Virus record (IMG/VR): IMGVR_UViG_3300032030_000025
Span: 62,001 to 121,373 of that record
Origin: an uncultured virus (IMG/VR IMGVR_UViG_3300032030_000025)
Taxonomy: Duplodnaviria > Heunggongvirae > Uroviricota > Caudoviricetes
Length of the DNA: 59,373 bases
Direction: 5' to 3' (one strand)
This document shows, piece after piece, positions 37,318 through 49,900 of the stretch. The notes below the pieces were generated by a model. The model saw only the letters and a list, made by a program, of their open reading frames with translations. It ran no database searches and was not told the DNA's origin. Every line of letters begins with the position of its first letter. Position 1 is the first letter of the stretch. A program made the translations under genes and the position numbers.

Positions 37318-40300
37318 TATTGGTGACAATAAGGTTTTGAAGGTTAATATGAGTCAAGAATACGATTTTTTGGAAATCTTGACAATGAAGATTGACCAAG
37401 AGGAAACATACAGAATAGACTCTTCCAATTATGGAATCATAGTTGGAAGGGTTCTTGCAAATGATGCATTCGGTATCCCAAATGCAAAGGTTTCAGTGTT
37501 CATCCCAATATCTGATGAAGATTATGAGAATACTGAAATACGTTCCTTATACAACTATTTTGACACCACATCAAAGAATTATGGAAACGTAAGATACAAT
37601 CTGTTACCAGATTCTTCCAATGACGATTGTTATAGGGTTGTAGGAACATTCCCAAACAAAAGGCTTGTCTTGGATGACAACACAACACTTGAGGTTTTTG
37701 ATAAATACTACAAATATACTACAGTTACCAATAACTCTGGTGACTATATGATTTATGGCATACCAACTGGTAATACTCAACTTCACGTTGATATTGACTT
37801 GTCTGATATTGGTGTCCTTTCTCAAAAGCCAAGGGACTTTATGTACAAAGGTTATACCGAGACGCTTTTTGACAGTTCGGAACAGTTCAAGGGAGGGACA
37901 AACCTTGACGATATTGCCCAAATAATCAGTCAAGACCAAGGTGTATATGTCTATCCGTTTTACAGTGACGAGGAAAGCACTGATGTCGGTATAACTAGAT
38001 GTGACATACAAGTGCAATACAAGTTTGAGCCGACTTGTGTGTTTTTCGGTTCAATTATCAGCGATAGCTACGGAAACAATATACAGCCAACTTGTACCCC
38101 TAATGCAAATATAGGACGAAATAAGGAGCTTATATGCGGTGACGGTACTATTGAAATGATTCGAAAGACAACAGATGGTTTGGTTGAAGAATACCAGATT
38201 CAAGGAAACCAACTTATAGACGGTGATGGCGTTTGGTGTTATCAGATACCAATGAATCTTGATTATGTTGGTATGGATGAATATGGTAACATAGTTGCGA
38301 CAGACAACCCTAACAAGGGTATACCAACAAGGACAAGGGTTAGGTTCAGATTCAGTATGGTTGAATCTGAAAATGATGCAATGTCAAGACATAGAGCAAA
38401 ATATCTTGTACCTAACAATCCACAAATAGAGCCAAATGAGAATATGCCATCCATTAGTGACTGTTCGTCTTTTGACAAGCATTATGAATTCGGCTCATCA
38501 ACACTTGAAGAAGATTTTAGGGACTTGTATTGGAACAAGGTATATTCTGTAAAGAACTATATTCCAAGACTTCAAACCATCAAGAAGGTAAAGACAAAAA
38601 ACTATAGCGGTATACGTTCAGTAAATACATATGAAAGCAAAAATCCTTTCCCTTACAACAAGGTTAGATTCTATCTTCCATTTGCATTTAGAATGCTTTG
38701 TATCATAATCAAGATTTTGATAGGCACAATTATGATTATCAATGCATTAATGTGTACAATATCATTTATGCTTGATACTGTCCTTTGTATATGGATTCCA
38801 CTTCCATTTGTCAAGGACATCCGTATATGCCCTTTGAAGCCTTTAAAGAAATATTTGACTTGTATACCATTTGCTGGCGGTTTGACTGACTCTGACAATA
38901 CAAATGTCGCATACTATCCAGGTTGTTGGTGTGATAACTATGGAAATTGTCCAGATGATATGGAAGGTTGCTCGAAGAGTACAAGTATGGGTTCGCTTTA
39001 TGATGTTATTGAACAGTCGTTGGCACAAGAGTATGATATTATTCACTTGGACTTTTACAACGATTGGGTTAATGGCACACTATACATGCCTCTTTGGCAT
39101 TGGAAGAAGACCAAGAAAAAGTCATATTTCTTCGGATTGTTCAGAAAGAGAGCAAAGAACATATATTGTGATTGTGACAAGCAGTGGAACAGATTGAGAC
39201 TTATGGACAGTTGTACTATGAATTACACTGGTGCAACAAATGACAATGGTGATACTTGGCATCATAGCAAGCGTGAATACTACACCAAATGGGGTATGAT
39301 TAAGAATATCGTCAACAAGGATGGCTTGAATATATACTACTATTCATCTGGTGTTATTGTTGACCCTAAGCCAACGGAGAATCCACCTATCGGAAAATAC
39401 AAGGAATTTGCAAGATACTTTGCTACAGATATTATATTGTTGGGTTCGTTCAACAGTTGTGATACAGAAGGTCTGCCACAACCATATAGAGGACTTCCTT
39501 CAACTACATCAAGTATTCCAGCAATCACAACTACGGTTCAACCTTTTGTTGATGAAGAAAGTACAAGTACTGAAGGTACTACAGAGGAAGAAGGTGATGT
39601 AGAAGTAACTGGTATGGATTGGCTTCATGGACCAGAAAGGCAAGCGCCTTATTTTGGACGTGGCTTGCTAATGAGTATGGACTGTAGGGCAATATATACA
39701 AAACCAAAGTCTTGCGTAAACATCAGTAGATTAAGTGAATTGGGCGTTAACTATGATATGTCATATACAGATGTATATGCAAATAATGGCAATACTGCGA
39801 CAACAAATGTAATAGCAGATGGTGTCATTACAAAGACAGAACTTGATGATTATGAAACAAGAGCAATGTTTGCCACACTTAATCATAGGGGCTTGACTCA
39901 AATGAAGACAGACCCATCGACTGGTTATAAGATATATGATTTCAGATATTTGTACCCAGTAGATTTTGACGGTAGGCAAAATGACAATATATTAAGAAGA
40001 TACAAGATAGATACTCACGATTATGCAGATGAGGATTATCTATTGTTCAGATTTGGACCAGATTGGGAACACGACAAATATGGACACCCAACTGATAAGC
40101 GAGAAGATAGAGTAACGCACAATTACACTACTAATGACAAACCAAGTTCTACAAAGGATAACAACTTCTTCCCATACTATAACAACTCATTCTATTTCTA
40201 TTTCGGATTGAACGAGGGTAAGACTGCCATTGACAAGTTCAGAAACAAATTTACTGCAACTTGTTCTAAAAACGTGAAATATCCGTTTACAATAGATGTT

Positions 40301-43300
40301 GACAAGGTAGTCCCAAAATGGTGTATGTATGACGCTAGCACTAATCGCAGTAGTGAAAGCGGCAGTACTATTGACCCAAAGAAATGCGGTGTGATTGACA
40401 TAAATCTCCCAAATATCAAGACACCTTATTCTTATGTGCTGTCAACACAAGAGACGAGTGATGTAATAATCAAGGAGAGCAATGTTAAATTGCATAGATT
40501 GATATTTGGTGTGTCATTGACAGACAACGAGACTTATGAGCATCCTAATGATACTCCAGAGCATTTGATTGGTGATGACAGATATTATCAGACAAGTGAC
40601 GGTAAGTTCTATATTAAGGATGGTAAGGTACACGCATTCAAGGATTATCCAATGATAGTCAAGGAAAATACTGATTCTTCTTCAGATAGTATATATTATC
40701 TTGAGAGCGGTGATAGCGAAAACAATTTCTATATCCATAACGGTAGTTATAATCTGACTATTACAGATGTAAATGGAAAGACAGAAAAGGTTTCAATCAG
40801 CTTGTCACAACAACCAATCAACATTCAATATGAAAATGACAAGTTGGGTGTTAAGTTCATTCCAAAGTTATCTGACACTGAAATAGAGGAATATACAACG
40901 TTTGATAATATATATGAGAACGGAAATTACGGTGAAATAAAGGTAAGCGGTGTCACAATAGATGGTGATGAATACAAGATAATCGATTGTACGCTTGAAA
41001 ATGTACACATTGGAACAGATGATGCTCCATCTTATGAGGAATATAAATTGCAGTTGGAAAGCAAGGATGGTAGTACAGACCAAAGGTACGATGTCCAATT
41101 AAAGGTTTATGTAACTGAACTTGAATTCCATAATGATGTGAGATTTACTGCTTTAACTAACAGTGAAACATTCATCAATATTGCTTGCCAAAGCTCAATA
41201 CCAACTAACTTGCCTTATAATTTGTCAACACCAATTCAATACACTAGTACTAGTATAACATCAAATGTTGATGTTGTTGGTTTTGAAGATATGACAATTG
41301 GTGATGAGACAGCAAAAGTATTGTATTTTTATCCTTGTGTACCAGGCAGATACACGTTTGTCTTTACACAATACTGTAATGGTAGTCCTAACGATAATGT
41401 AAGCACAATGCCAATGACCATACATAATGGTGATATGTTCGATGCACTTATTAATGATGTTCCTATCAGAACAATAAATGCAAGAGACGATGAAACTTGG
41501 TGGTATAGGACAGATAATCCATCTGGTTATACTTTCCCACACATCAATGAGAACGAAACCTTATGGTCTGAATACATTAATTACAGCAAATACATCGAAG
41601 GAGGTGAGGAAGAAGGAGAAGAACTTACAGAATATGCTGATTCAAGGACTAGAACCAATGCTTTGCTGTTCAAGTTCAAGTCTATTTTCAATTTGAGCAA
41701 GGCGGTGAAATTTACTGATGATGGAAATAACTCGTTCAGTTTCACTATAAATGGTGGAAAGAATACGGTTGCACAAGTATATTATCCAACATTCAATGAA
41801 TTTGGTGAACTTGTGTTCAAGGACACAAAGAATGTTTCCCAAGCAATCAATCTAAACAGCTCAATGCTTAACAAGTGGACTCTTGATACGAAGCCATCAG
41901 TAAGTTGTGATTCTTCACATCCAAATGTGATTTCATATAATTACAAGGCATATTTCTATTCAAACCAAGCAAACAGTGGTTTGATTAACCAAAACTATAA
42001 CAAGTACTATATTGATGGAGATACTGTTGGTAATATACCTAGCTATGGTGGTTTATCCAATTTCAACAAGTCTGACTTGATGCCTTTTGCTACTGTATTA
42101 CGAACTGTTGATGGATATGGTTTGAATGGATATGAGCCATATAGCTTTAATCCTTTGATTAATACGACAAAAAACAATACAATCAATTATTTTGTTGCAT
42201 TTACAAATAACGCTGGTTTAGACGGTACAAAATTTGAGAGCATACCTTCAAATTCAAGCCCAATTGCTTCGGGCAACAAGCTTATTACCTTTGAGGCAAA
42301 AAATACAGCACCTTCAAATTATTATCAGCAAGTAAACAATTGGTTCAAGTATTATTTTGTGGACAGTAGGATGGGCTTTAGAGGTGTTGTTATGACATCA
42401 ACCCCATCGTTGGAACAATATACTGACGATAGCAACCAAGTTGTTTTGAAGGGTAGACTTACCTTACAGACAATCGGTGGTATGGAAATGGCCTATATGG
42501 ATAGTTCAATTGATGATACAGTACCAGTTAATATGAATGTCATACAAAAACTTGGTGAGGATGATGAATTCAAATATGAATACGGATATAGTGCAAGCTG
42601 TATTAACCCAAGTGAAGAGGATGCCGTAATAGTTCAGAATAATGGTGAAGATGTACACAAATGCCTTTATACGGCATCGCTTGCAACAAATGAGACAACT
42701 TGTGACTTTCGTTATGCAATGGTTAATTCACAGCTTCCATTAAATGACAATTATAACGTTATATATACGGACGAGCATAGGGAGCAGCACATATATAGCT
42801 ATGAAGATGGTTATACTGGTGATACTTCGTATTCTGGTGTAGGTATGAACAATCGCATATCAAATATTGTAAGCGCGTTCACAAATGGCTATTCTGATTA
42901 TCCAATTAGAAGATATACAGACATTGTAGGGCAAGATATTAAAGGTAACGTTAAGCTGACACTTGAGAGCACAAGCTTTGACATTAGACCTACAGTGCAA
43001 TATGATGACTTCGATTCATCATATTCGGCAGCTACCATTATTGGTACAACATCGCCAACAGATACAATAGAATTGGATTTTGACTGCACTAATATATACA
43101 AGAGAGCAACAAACAGCATTGACACTTGTATTGAGACTGGAAACTTTGATGTGCTTTGTGACAGTCGTAACGGAGGAACAGCAACAGCACCAATAATATA
43201 TTGCTTTCCTCATTATTGCAGACTTTCATTCAGTTATGGTACAGATGACGCTGTTGACTCGTCAGTATTTGCCTATAACACCTACAGACCTTTTATCATT

Positions 43301-44137
43301 AAGTTCAGTGGTATTACTGCTGCAAGTGATATGATTAACTGTATCACTTCCATTAAATTTGGGAATAGAAGCGGTGATTATTCTCCATATGATACATATG
43401 AATACGTATTGAATCAATATAGTTCTCAAATTATGAAGATGAAGGGTATAACCGAAGGTGTTGAAGATTATATTTGGGGATTGGATGAAACAGACAACAA
43501 GTACTACAAGAACCTTTATACGGCAGAGTCACCAAACAGTGCATTAACATATCCAGACAACTCGACAGAATTGTCAATGGTTAAATTGTATTTGGAGCCA
43601 AATGCCGTTATTAACGGCAATATGTGGACATATACCGAAGATAAGGCTTATAAATACAATTTGGCTTGTACAATTGATGGCAACAATTTCTTTGTTTTTG
43701 GCGGTAGGGAATATTACCAAATTTATAATGAATGTATGATTGAGAGGGACTTGAGGCTGTTTGATTGCAGCCAAGCCTATATTTTCCCACGACAGATAAC
43801 ATTGAGCGGCTTTACGTCATCTGCAACAACTGATGGTCAAACGATAGACTTTGATGTATCTTTCAATATAAGTGGAATATCAATCAATAATGGGTCTTTT
43901 GAAGTAGGTTTTAAGGCTTGGAATATTAACGGTTCTACCCCAATTGCCGAGCAAGATTTAACCCAAAGCTATGCAATACCATCAAGTGATAATACGAATG
44001 CCAATGTGCATGCCAAGGGAATTATAGTACACAATGACATCAATATAACACTCCAATTCTTCTTTAGGAACGGTGATGGTCTTGTTTATGGAACTTCTTT
44101 TAAGATAAATGTTAGAACTGGTCAAATACCAACATAA
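37289..44137 (+). CDS. Very large structural protein (baseplate/tail-associated)
   Basis: 2282 aa; YGIIVGRVLANDAFGIPNAKVSVFIP, TNNSGDYMIYGIPTG prealbumin-like motif; baseplate operon context. Confidence 0.65.
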   Translation: MNKSYRIHTNIGDNKVLKVNMSQEYDFLEILTMKIDQEETYRIDSSNYGIIVGRVLANDAFGIPNAKVSVFIPISDEDYENTEIRSLYNYFDTTSKNYGNVRYNLLPDSSNDDCYRVVGTFPNKRLVLDDNTTLEVFDKYYKYTTVTNNSGDYMIYGIPTGNTQLHVDIDLSDIGVLSQKPRDFMYKGYTETLFDSSEQFKGGTNLDDIAQIISQDQGVYVYPFYSDEESTDVGITRCDIQVQYKFEPTCVFFGSIISDSYGNNIQPTCTPNANIGRNKELICGDGTIEMIRKTTDGLVEEYQIQGNQLIDGDGVWCYQIPMNLDYVGMDEYGNIVATDNPNKGIPTRTRVRFRFSMVESENDAMSRHRAKYLVPNNPQIEPNENMPSISDCSSFDKHYEFGSSTLEEDFRDLYWNKVYSVKNYIPRLQTIKKVKTKNYSGIRSVNTYESKNPFPYNKVRFYLPFAFRMLCIIIKILIGTIMIINALMCTISFMLDTVLCIWIPLPFVKDIRICPLKPLKKYLTCIPFAGGLTDSDNTNVAYYPGCWCDNYGNCPDDMEGCSKSTSMGSLYDVIEQSLAQEYDIIHLDFYNDWVNGTLYMPLWHWKKTKKKSYFFGLFRKRAKNIYCDCDKQWNRLRLMDSCTMNYTGATNDNGDTWHHSKREYYTKWGMIKNIVNKDGLNIYYYSSGVIVDPKPTENPPIGKYKEFARYFATDIILLGSFNSCDTEGLPQPYRGLPSTTSSIPAITTTVQPFVDEESTSTEGTTEEEGDVEVTGMDWLHGPERQAPYFGRGLLMSMDCRAIYTKPKSCVNISRLSELGVNYDMSYTDVYANNGNTATTNVIADGVITKTELDDYETRAMFATLNHRGLTQMKTDPSTGYKIYDFRYLYPVDFDGRQNDNILRRYKIDTHDYADEDYLLFRFGPDWEHDKYGHPTDKREDRVTHNYTTNDKPSSTKDNNFFPYYNNSFYFYFGLNEGKTAIDKFRNKFTATCSKNVKYPFTIDVDKVVPKWCMYDASTNRSSESGSTIDPKKCGVIDINLPNIKTPYSYVLSTQETSDVIIKESNVKLHRLIFGVSLTDNETYEHPNDTPEHLIGDDRYYQTSDGKFYIKDGKVHAFKDYPMIVKENTDSSSDSIYYLESGDSENNFYIHNGSYNLTITDVNGKTEKVSISLSQQPINIQYENDKLGVKFIPKLSDTEIEEYTTFDNIYENGNYGEIKVSGVTIDGDEYKIIDCTLENVHIGTDDAPSYEEYKLQLESKDGSTDQRYDVQLKVYVTELEFHNDVRFTALTNSETFINIACQSSIPTNLPYNLSTPIQYTSTSITSNVDVVGFEDMTIGDETAKVLYFYPCVPGRYTFVFTQYCNGSPNDNVSTMPMTIHNGDMFDALINDVPIRTINARDDETWWYRTDNPSGYTFPHINENETLWSEYINYSKYIEGGEEEGEELTEYADSRTRTNALLFKFKSIFNLSKAVKFTDDGNNSFSFTINGGKNTVAQVYYPTFNEFGELVFKDTKNVSQAINLNSSMLNKWTLDTKPSVSCDSSHPNVISYNYKAYFYSNQANSGLINQNYNKYYIDGDTVGNIPSYGGLSNFNKSDLMPFATVLRTVDGYGLNGYEPYSFNPLINTTKNNTINYFVAFTNNAGLDGTKFESIPSNSSPIASGNKLITFEAKNTAPSNYYQQVNNWFKYYFVDSRMGFRGVVMTSTPSLEQYTDDSNQVVLKGRLTLQTIGGMEMAYMDSSIDDTVPVNMNVIQKLGEDDEFKYEYGYSASCINPSEEDAVIVQNNGEDVHKCLYTASLATNETTCDFRYAMVNSQLPLNDNYNVIYTDEHREQHIYSYEDGYTGDTSYSGVGMNNRISNIVSAFTNGYSDYPIRRYTDIVGQDIKGNVKLTLESTSFDIRPTVQYDDFDSSYSAATIIGTTSPTDTIELDFDCTNIYKRATNSIDTCIETGNFDVLCDSRNGGTATAPIIYCFPHYCRLSFSYGTDDAVDSSVFAYNTYRPFIIKFSGITAASDMINCITSIKFGNRSGDYSPYDTYEYVLNQYSSQIMKMKGITEGVEDYIWGLDETDNKYYKNLYTAESPNSALTYPDNSTELSMVKLYLEPNAVINGNMWTYTEDKAYKYNLACTIDGNNFFVFGGREYYQIYNECMIERDLRLFDCSQAYIFPRQITLSGFTSSATTDGQTIDFDVSFNISGISINNGSFEVGFKAWNINGSTPIAEQDLTQSYAIPSSDNTNANVHAKGIIVHNDINITLQFFFRNGDGLVYGTSFKINVRTGQIPT

Positions 44138-44139
44138 AT

Positions 44140-46962
44140 ATGAAGCAAATATTTTTAAGAAAATACGAAAGTAAGCAATCAACCAATGGAAATAATTCTC
44201 TTGATGTTTCATTACAGAATGCCAAGAGAATTATTCCATCGACTGATATTGACGCTATAGTAAATGTAGGTGAACTTTATAACAAGGAAAGGGGCGAGTG
44301 CAGTAAAATAAGGCTTAACTGCGTAATACGTCCTTATTGCACAAATGTATTGTTTAACGCATTTACCGAAATAGTTCAGAACGAAGGTTCCAATAGTGCC
44401 GTATGCCTTAATTTCTTGGATAGTCTTGACAATGAGAACCTATCATTGCCAGATGAATTATTCTATAAGACAAAGGATAGCTTCAGAGGTGAAGATGGGG
44501 ATAGAAAGACTCTGATAGTTAACTTGATTGATGATACGCAGCTTTCTTCAAAGGTAAAAGGAAATCTTGAATATCACTGCGGTTTGGACTTTTTTGGTAA
44601 TCATATATTGAGAAGCAACACTTTCAAGTCTGTCAACCCATTGCCAAGCGGAAGCTCTCCAATCAACGAATCCACATATGACAAGTTCAACACGTTGTGT
44701 GACTATCATAGAAGATATAATGGTTCTGTTGTAAGCGGTGATACAACAATCACTGGTGAAAGAGATTTTTCACGCAATGAAATTCCTCTTAATGATGGCT
44801 CGTTTGCTTCAGCCCCTTATGCCAACCATATATATACATTCGATGATTTGCTGACATTCAACGATTGTGTCAAGCAGAAGCTTATAGATAATAATGGATG
44901 GATGGGTTTCGTTAACAAAGGCAAACTGAAGATATATGACGAGAACAAGAATGGGGAATTCTTGGATATAAGCAAACCGCTTAACAACAAGGAGGCTTGC
45001 GAATTTGTTGATATGTATCCAACAAGGGACTTGTTTATGTTCACTCCAAAGTATAACCCTTATAGGCATAGGCTCGAAAAGAACTGGAACTATTGTTTAA
45101 CATATCCATCATCATCCACAACCGAAGGGATACCATTTATTGATAACAGAGTGGAGGGAGGCGCATTAAGATTGTTTGTAATCAATACTGTATTTGACAA
45201 CATAATGAGGATGTATTCGATGTCAAAGCATGGACTCAATGAAGGTGATTATATCACGTTATATAGAGATGGTGAGATTGAAATCAGTAGCCTTAACGTA
45301 GTCAACATTATAGATGAGTACACATTCGATGTAAGCAAGGATGGTTACAGTATAGGAAGTCAACTTGAGGTTGATTTCAACAATCAGCAAGTGCTTGATA
45401 AACCCGAAAATGAAGGAGTGTATGGTAGAACAACATATAAGGTATCAAAGGAAAATGCTAGATATTTCGACACAAATTCTAACTTTTTGTCATTTTCATT
45501 CAAAAAAATTATAAACAATAGGGGCGTTGACTATTATGTCAGAATATTCTCTAAACTACCTAATTGGAAATTTGCCAATCAGAAGATAACCGAAAAGCTC
45601 ATCTACGAGAATGATGACATAATACCTACATATCAAACAATTTCTAGAGAAGGGAATGAACAGTTTGCAAACCACGTTGCAAACCTTGCGTTTTCCAAGA
45701 CAATCTATAATGATGATGTTTCGGAGATAATTTTCACTGATGACATCGACATAAATTATCTCCACGATAACCTTGGAAGACCTTTGTCAAGCATATATCT
45801 GACTATTGTCAAGAACAACAAGGGTTATTACGAATGGTACGAGCAATACAACCCATCAGCAGATACAGTTGAATATTCCCACTGTTTCGGAAGGACAAGC
45901 TGCGGTTTTATGTTGAGTAGCAAGATGTATGATACAAATTATGACACTGGTAATACAGTGTACAATTTGGCTAATACAAGGGTTCTTTGTGAATCTGGTA
46001 ATACAAATCCATATAGCGGACTTTCAGTGTCACTAATAAATGACGAAGACCACGTTGATGCATTGGATTTGGGTGATACTGTTAATTATTACAAGAACAA
46101 CAACTATTATGGTGACTTGTGCTACTACAGCCACGAGACTTGCGAGGAAGTTGTTATACAGACAGCAGACTACAGATTCAACACTTATCAGAGGGAACAT
46201 TGGGACGATTCAAGGCTTAATTACTGCAACATCAAGCAAGATGACTATGACACAAATAACTTTTCAAACTACGATTACATTTCTTGTAAGACAATAAGAA
46301 CTGGTAATCAATATGAAGGTTACTACTACAAGCCTCACTATGAAATACCAATCCGTTCAATCAATACAGAATTGGAAAGGCAAGCGCCTAAAATATTCAC
46401 AATAAGAAGGGTTTCTAGAGAAGGTAATATATATAAGATTTTCACAAATGAAAATAATTATTTAGAAAAGGATGGAACATTCCTATTGTATGTTGACCAC
46501 AACAATGTTGATTGGCTTGACAAGGATGCTGTAGTCAGATTCAAGGTGGAAGAGGTTATTGGATTCAGAGAGTTTACTTGCACTATTTCAGACGAATATG
46601 ATATAGATAGTGACAAGCAGACAGTAATAGGTAATTTCGTTAATGGAAACAAGTCTTATTTCAGAATATTGAAACCAGACATTAATATTCCAGATTATGC
46701 AGATTTTACACTTGACGGTACTTGCAAATATGTTTGGAGAAGTATAATACAGAATGGTGATGATGCAAATTCAAGCGTTGAAAGGTATCCTTTTACAAAC
46801 GGTAGGTTGTATGTTATGAGGGACTTTGACTTCTTCTTGAGAAGACAGAACCCAAATCAGACATCTATCCTTACCAACCATATGTTTGACGATTTCAGCA
46901 ACAACATAATAACGGTTACAGAAAGCAACAATTATCACGAGGAAAAAGATATAAAATGTTAA
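44140..46962 (+). CDS. Structural protein (baseplate/tail cluster)
   Basis: 940 aa; DNLGRPLSSIYLTIVK, EGYYYKPHYEIP, YVWR, YPFTNG; operon context. Confidence 0.6.
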   Translation: MKQIFLRKYESKQSTNGNNSLDVSLQNAKRIIPSTDIDAIVNVGELYNKERGECSKIRLNCVIRPYCTNVLFNAFTEIVQNEGSNSAVCLNFLDSLDNENLSLPDELFYKTKDSFRGEDGDRKTLIVNLIDDTQLSSKVKGNLEYHCGLDFFGNHILRSNTFKSVNPLPSGSSPINESTYDKFNTLCDYHRRYNGSVVSGDTTITGERDFSRNEIPLNDGSFASAPYANHIYTFDDLLTFNDCVKQKLIDNNGWMGFVNKGKLKIYDENKNGEFLDISKPLNNKEACEFVDMYPTRDLFMFTPKYNPYRHRLEKNWNYCLTYPSSSTTEGIPFIDNRVEGGALRLFVINTVFDNIMRMYSMSKHGLNEGDYITLYRDGEIEISSLNVVNIIDEYTFDVSKDGYSIGSQLEVDFNNQQVLDKPENEGVYGRTTYKVSKENARYFDTNSNFLSFSFKKIINNRGVDYYVRIFSKLPNWKFANQKITEKLIYENDDIIPTYQTISREGNEQFANHVANLAFSKTIYNDDVSEIIFTDDIDINYLHDNLGRPLSSIYLTIVKNNKGYYEWYEQYNPSADTVEYSHCFGRTSCGFMLSSKMYDTNYDTGNTVYNLANTRVLCESGNTNPYSGLSVSLINDEDHVDALDLGDTVNYYKNNNYYGDLCYYSHETCEEVVIQTADYRFNTYQREHWDDSRLNYCNIKQDDYDTNNFSNYDYISCKTIRTGNQYEGYYYKPHYEIPIRSINTELERQAPKIFTIRRVSREGNIYKIFTNENNYLEKDGTFLLYVDHNNVDWLDKDAVVRFKVEEVIGFREFTCTISDEYDIDSDKQTVIGNFVNGNKSYFRILKPDINIPDYADFTLDGTCKYVWRSIIQNGDDANSSVERYPFTNGRLYVMRDFDFFLRRQNPNQTSILTNHMFDDFSNNIITVTESNNYHEEKDIKC

Positions 46963-49900
46963 GGTTTAATATTACAAGCAAGAAGGAGAGCAAGGAGAAG
47001 GAAATTCACGTTGATGATATGATATTTTCTGAAGACTTGCAGATTGTAACTTGCATTGCAGAAGATGACGGTACTTTGATGGAGCAAGACAAGATAAAGC
47101 TTTACTCCACAAAGTACGATGAATGGAAGGAGATAGACATTAAGGTCAGTAGGTTTACTGCAATAGGTGAATTCTTCGCAGATACTGTATACGAAGTGCT
47201 TTCTGACTCTAATTCAGAATGCAAATACGTCAAGTTCCACGATAACCGATACTACTACAACAATGAATCGTCAAGCGAATATATAAGCATAGACGGTGTT
47301 GAACACCATATACAAACAAAGGACGATGGGTCTTTGTATATAGTAGTGACTGAAAAATACCTAATCACAAGTGATAAGGTTAAACTATATGATGGAACTG
47401 AATGCGACATATATATCGAACGCATAAAGACAGATGAAGGCGATACCGATTATAGTGGGAGTTTTGTTGAGGTTCATTATAAGCAAGACACCATATTGAG
47501 CGGTGAAAGCCTAGTAGTTTATGGTTATCCAAAGACATTCGTAAGATTCACGTTTATGAATGAAAGGGATGAATACCTTAGTGTTGAACGTGCAGCTTGT
47601 GCAGATGTAATTCAATATGTTCTCTATGATGACAAGGAATACAACGTGCAAGATAAAAGAGATGGGTCTGATGAAAGGTTCGTATATATTGGTGATGGAT
47701 TAAGCGGTACAGTACTACCATATTCATATCAATATGACGAGGAAAAAGGCAAGTTTACATATAAGGTGGCTGAATCTGATTTATATTTAGATACATATTC
47801 TTCTGGTATAACACCGATGGTAAAGATAAATGATGCTGAAAACACATTCCTACAATTACACGGCAAATATACGGAGGCAGACATTGGAGAAGAGGTTTTT
47901 ATCTATTTGTCAGACACGAATGTAAACTTGGATTCTACCGAGAGGATAATCGCAAAAACTGTTAGCAGACAACCTAGGTATTTGATACTTACCGAGCATA
48001 CGGAATTGTATAATGGGGAGCCAACAACTTTCAATTCGATAGCTCATAATGGAAAGTTCTACAACAAGAAGAGCGTTGATGAAAAAGGTAGACCATTCTA
48101 TTATGTTACAGTTGGTGACAGTGAATATGAATTCCATTTCTTGAATGGTGAAAATGAGGGATATATCAACTATGAGGACAAGGTGATGTTCTTGAACATT
48201 TCAAACTCGATAGATAATGTTGTATCTGAATATCGAAACAGTATGCCCCAGCAAGACGATTCAAGAATAAGGGTTGAATTCGCAAATCAAACGCAAGAAG
48301 GTGTCAGTGGTGGGACATATGGGTTGGAAAGATTAAATGTCATATGCAATAACATTGAGGAAAAGAAGTACGGAATAATTACATATTACGACAACAACAA
48401 GCCTACATTTGCATATGTTCCATATGAGTATCTATTGACTAGGAAACTATATAATGGCGGTGATGGAGACCAAATAATAATATCAAACCCAGTATATGGT
48501 ATAAAAAGGTATGATGTTATAGATGTGGAAGGAACAAGATATAGGGTTTATTCTGAACCACACGTATATGGAAGTGAAGAGGTTATGGATGACCGTCCTT
48601 ACGAGTATATCCTATTTGACCAACAAGAGTTCTACGAGCTTAAGATACAGTCGATAATCGGAAACAATACCATATTGTGCAAACCTATTGTGTGGTCTTA
48701 TAACGAAGACGATATGGATAATATGGGCGAATATAGGGCTATGTTCAGAACAATATGCTATGACATTGCCACCAATTATGATTCATTTGTATTCTATATT
48801 GAAAATAACTTTTCACCTTATCAGGAAAGACTCGATTTCTCAAGGTATTATTCATTCAATGAAGACCAACCAATGCATTTGTCAAATCTTCATTTCTTGC
48901 ACAATTGTGAGTATATAAGCATACCTTTGTTTGCTTCTCAAGATGAATACCCAAATTTGATGCAAGAGGATAATGTGCACAAGTATTTTACCGAAACGGA
49001 GACAGCAAAGGCGATAAACGGAATCGTTGATATGGACAAGGATGTATATTATCCATACCATATAAAAGGAAACACAAGGAGCGAGGTTAACGGAATATAT
49101 TTCAATCTTCACTTCAGAACAAGAACTCTTGATACTTGGACTGTTAAGGAGGATTATACAAGCATAAATGGCGATAACAGTGATGGTACTATATTACCGT
49201 CATTTAATGAAGCTAATACAAACTGGTTCTGTTTCGACTATTATAGTGGTGATACAGCATACAACGGTTATTCGGACGAAGGTAGAACCAAGAAGCAGAG
49301 TTATGGAGAATTTGATATTGACAAGAAGCCTTCTGAAGCTTGGAAGCATTCAGATTTGCTTTATTTCTTGCACTTCACTAACAATGATGTATATTATCAG
49401 AAGAAGAAGCTGTCAAATTCATTTATAAGGCTTATGTTCTATGATACAAAGACACCATCTAACCAATCATTGCTTTATCAAGCGACAATATGGTACGATT
49501 CAAGCAAGGCATACAAGAAATATATTGACAACAGCGAGATTAACGACTATTTCGACTTTGACAACAACACAGTCAAATTGGGTATAGGTGTAGGCTGTGA
49601 ACCATATGATGCCGCAACTTCAGCATTTACATATGATGACAGCATAAGGCTTGATTCTCAATTCTATGTCAAGAACAGATATAGGATGAATGATTCAGCC
49701 GAAGGCTTCTATCTGCATTTGTTCAAGGATTTGCTTGATGGTGTATGCAGTAGGACAATATATATGAAGGTAGTATTTAATCACGCTGGCGAAGGTAAAT
49801 CTTGCTTGTTCATGCTTCCACACGCAAAGGATGGTGACAAGACAGTCCCTTGGTATTACAGCAGCGAGAATGTGGAGAATTTGAAGAAAGGCGTATCTTT

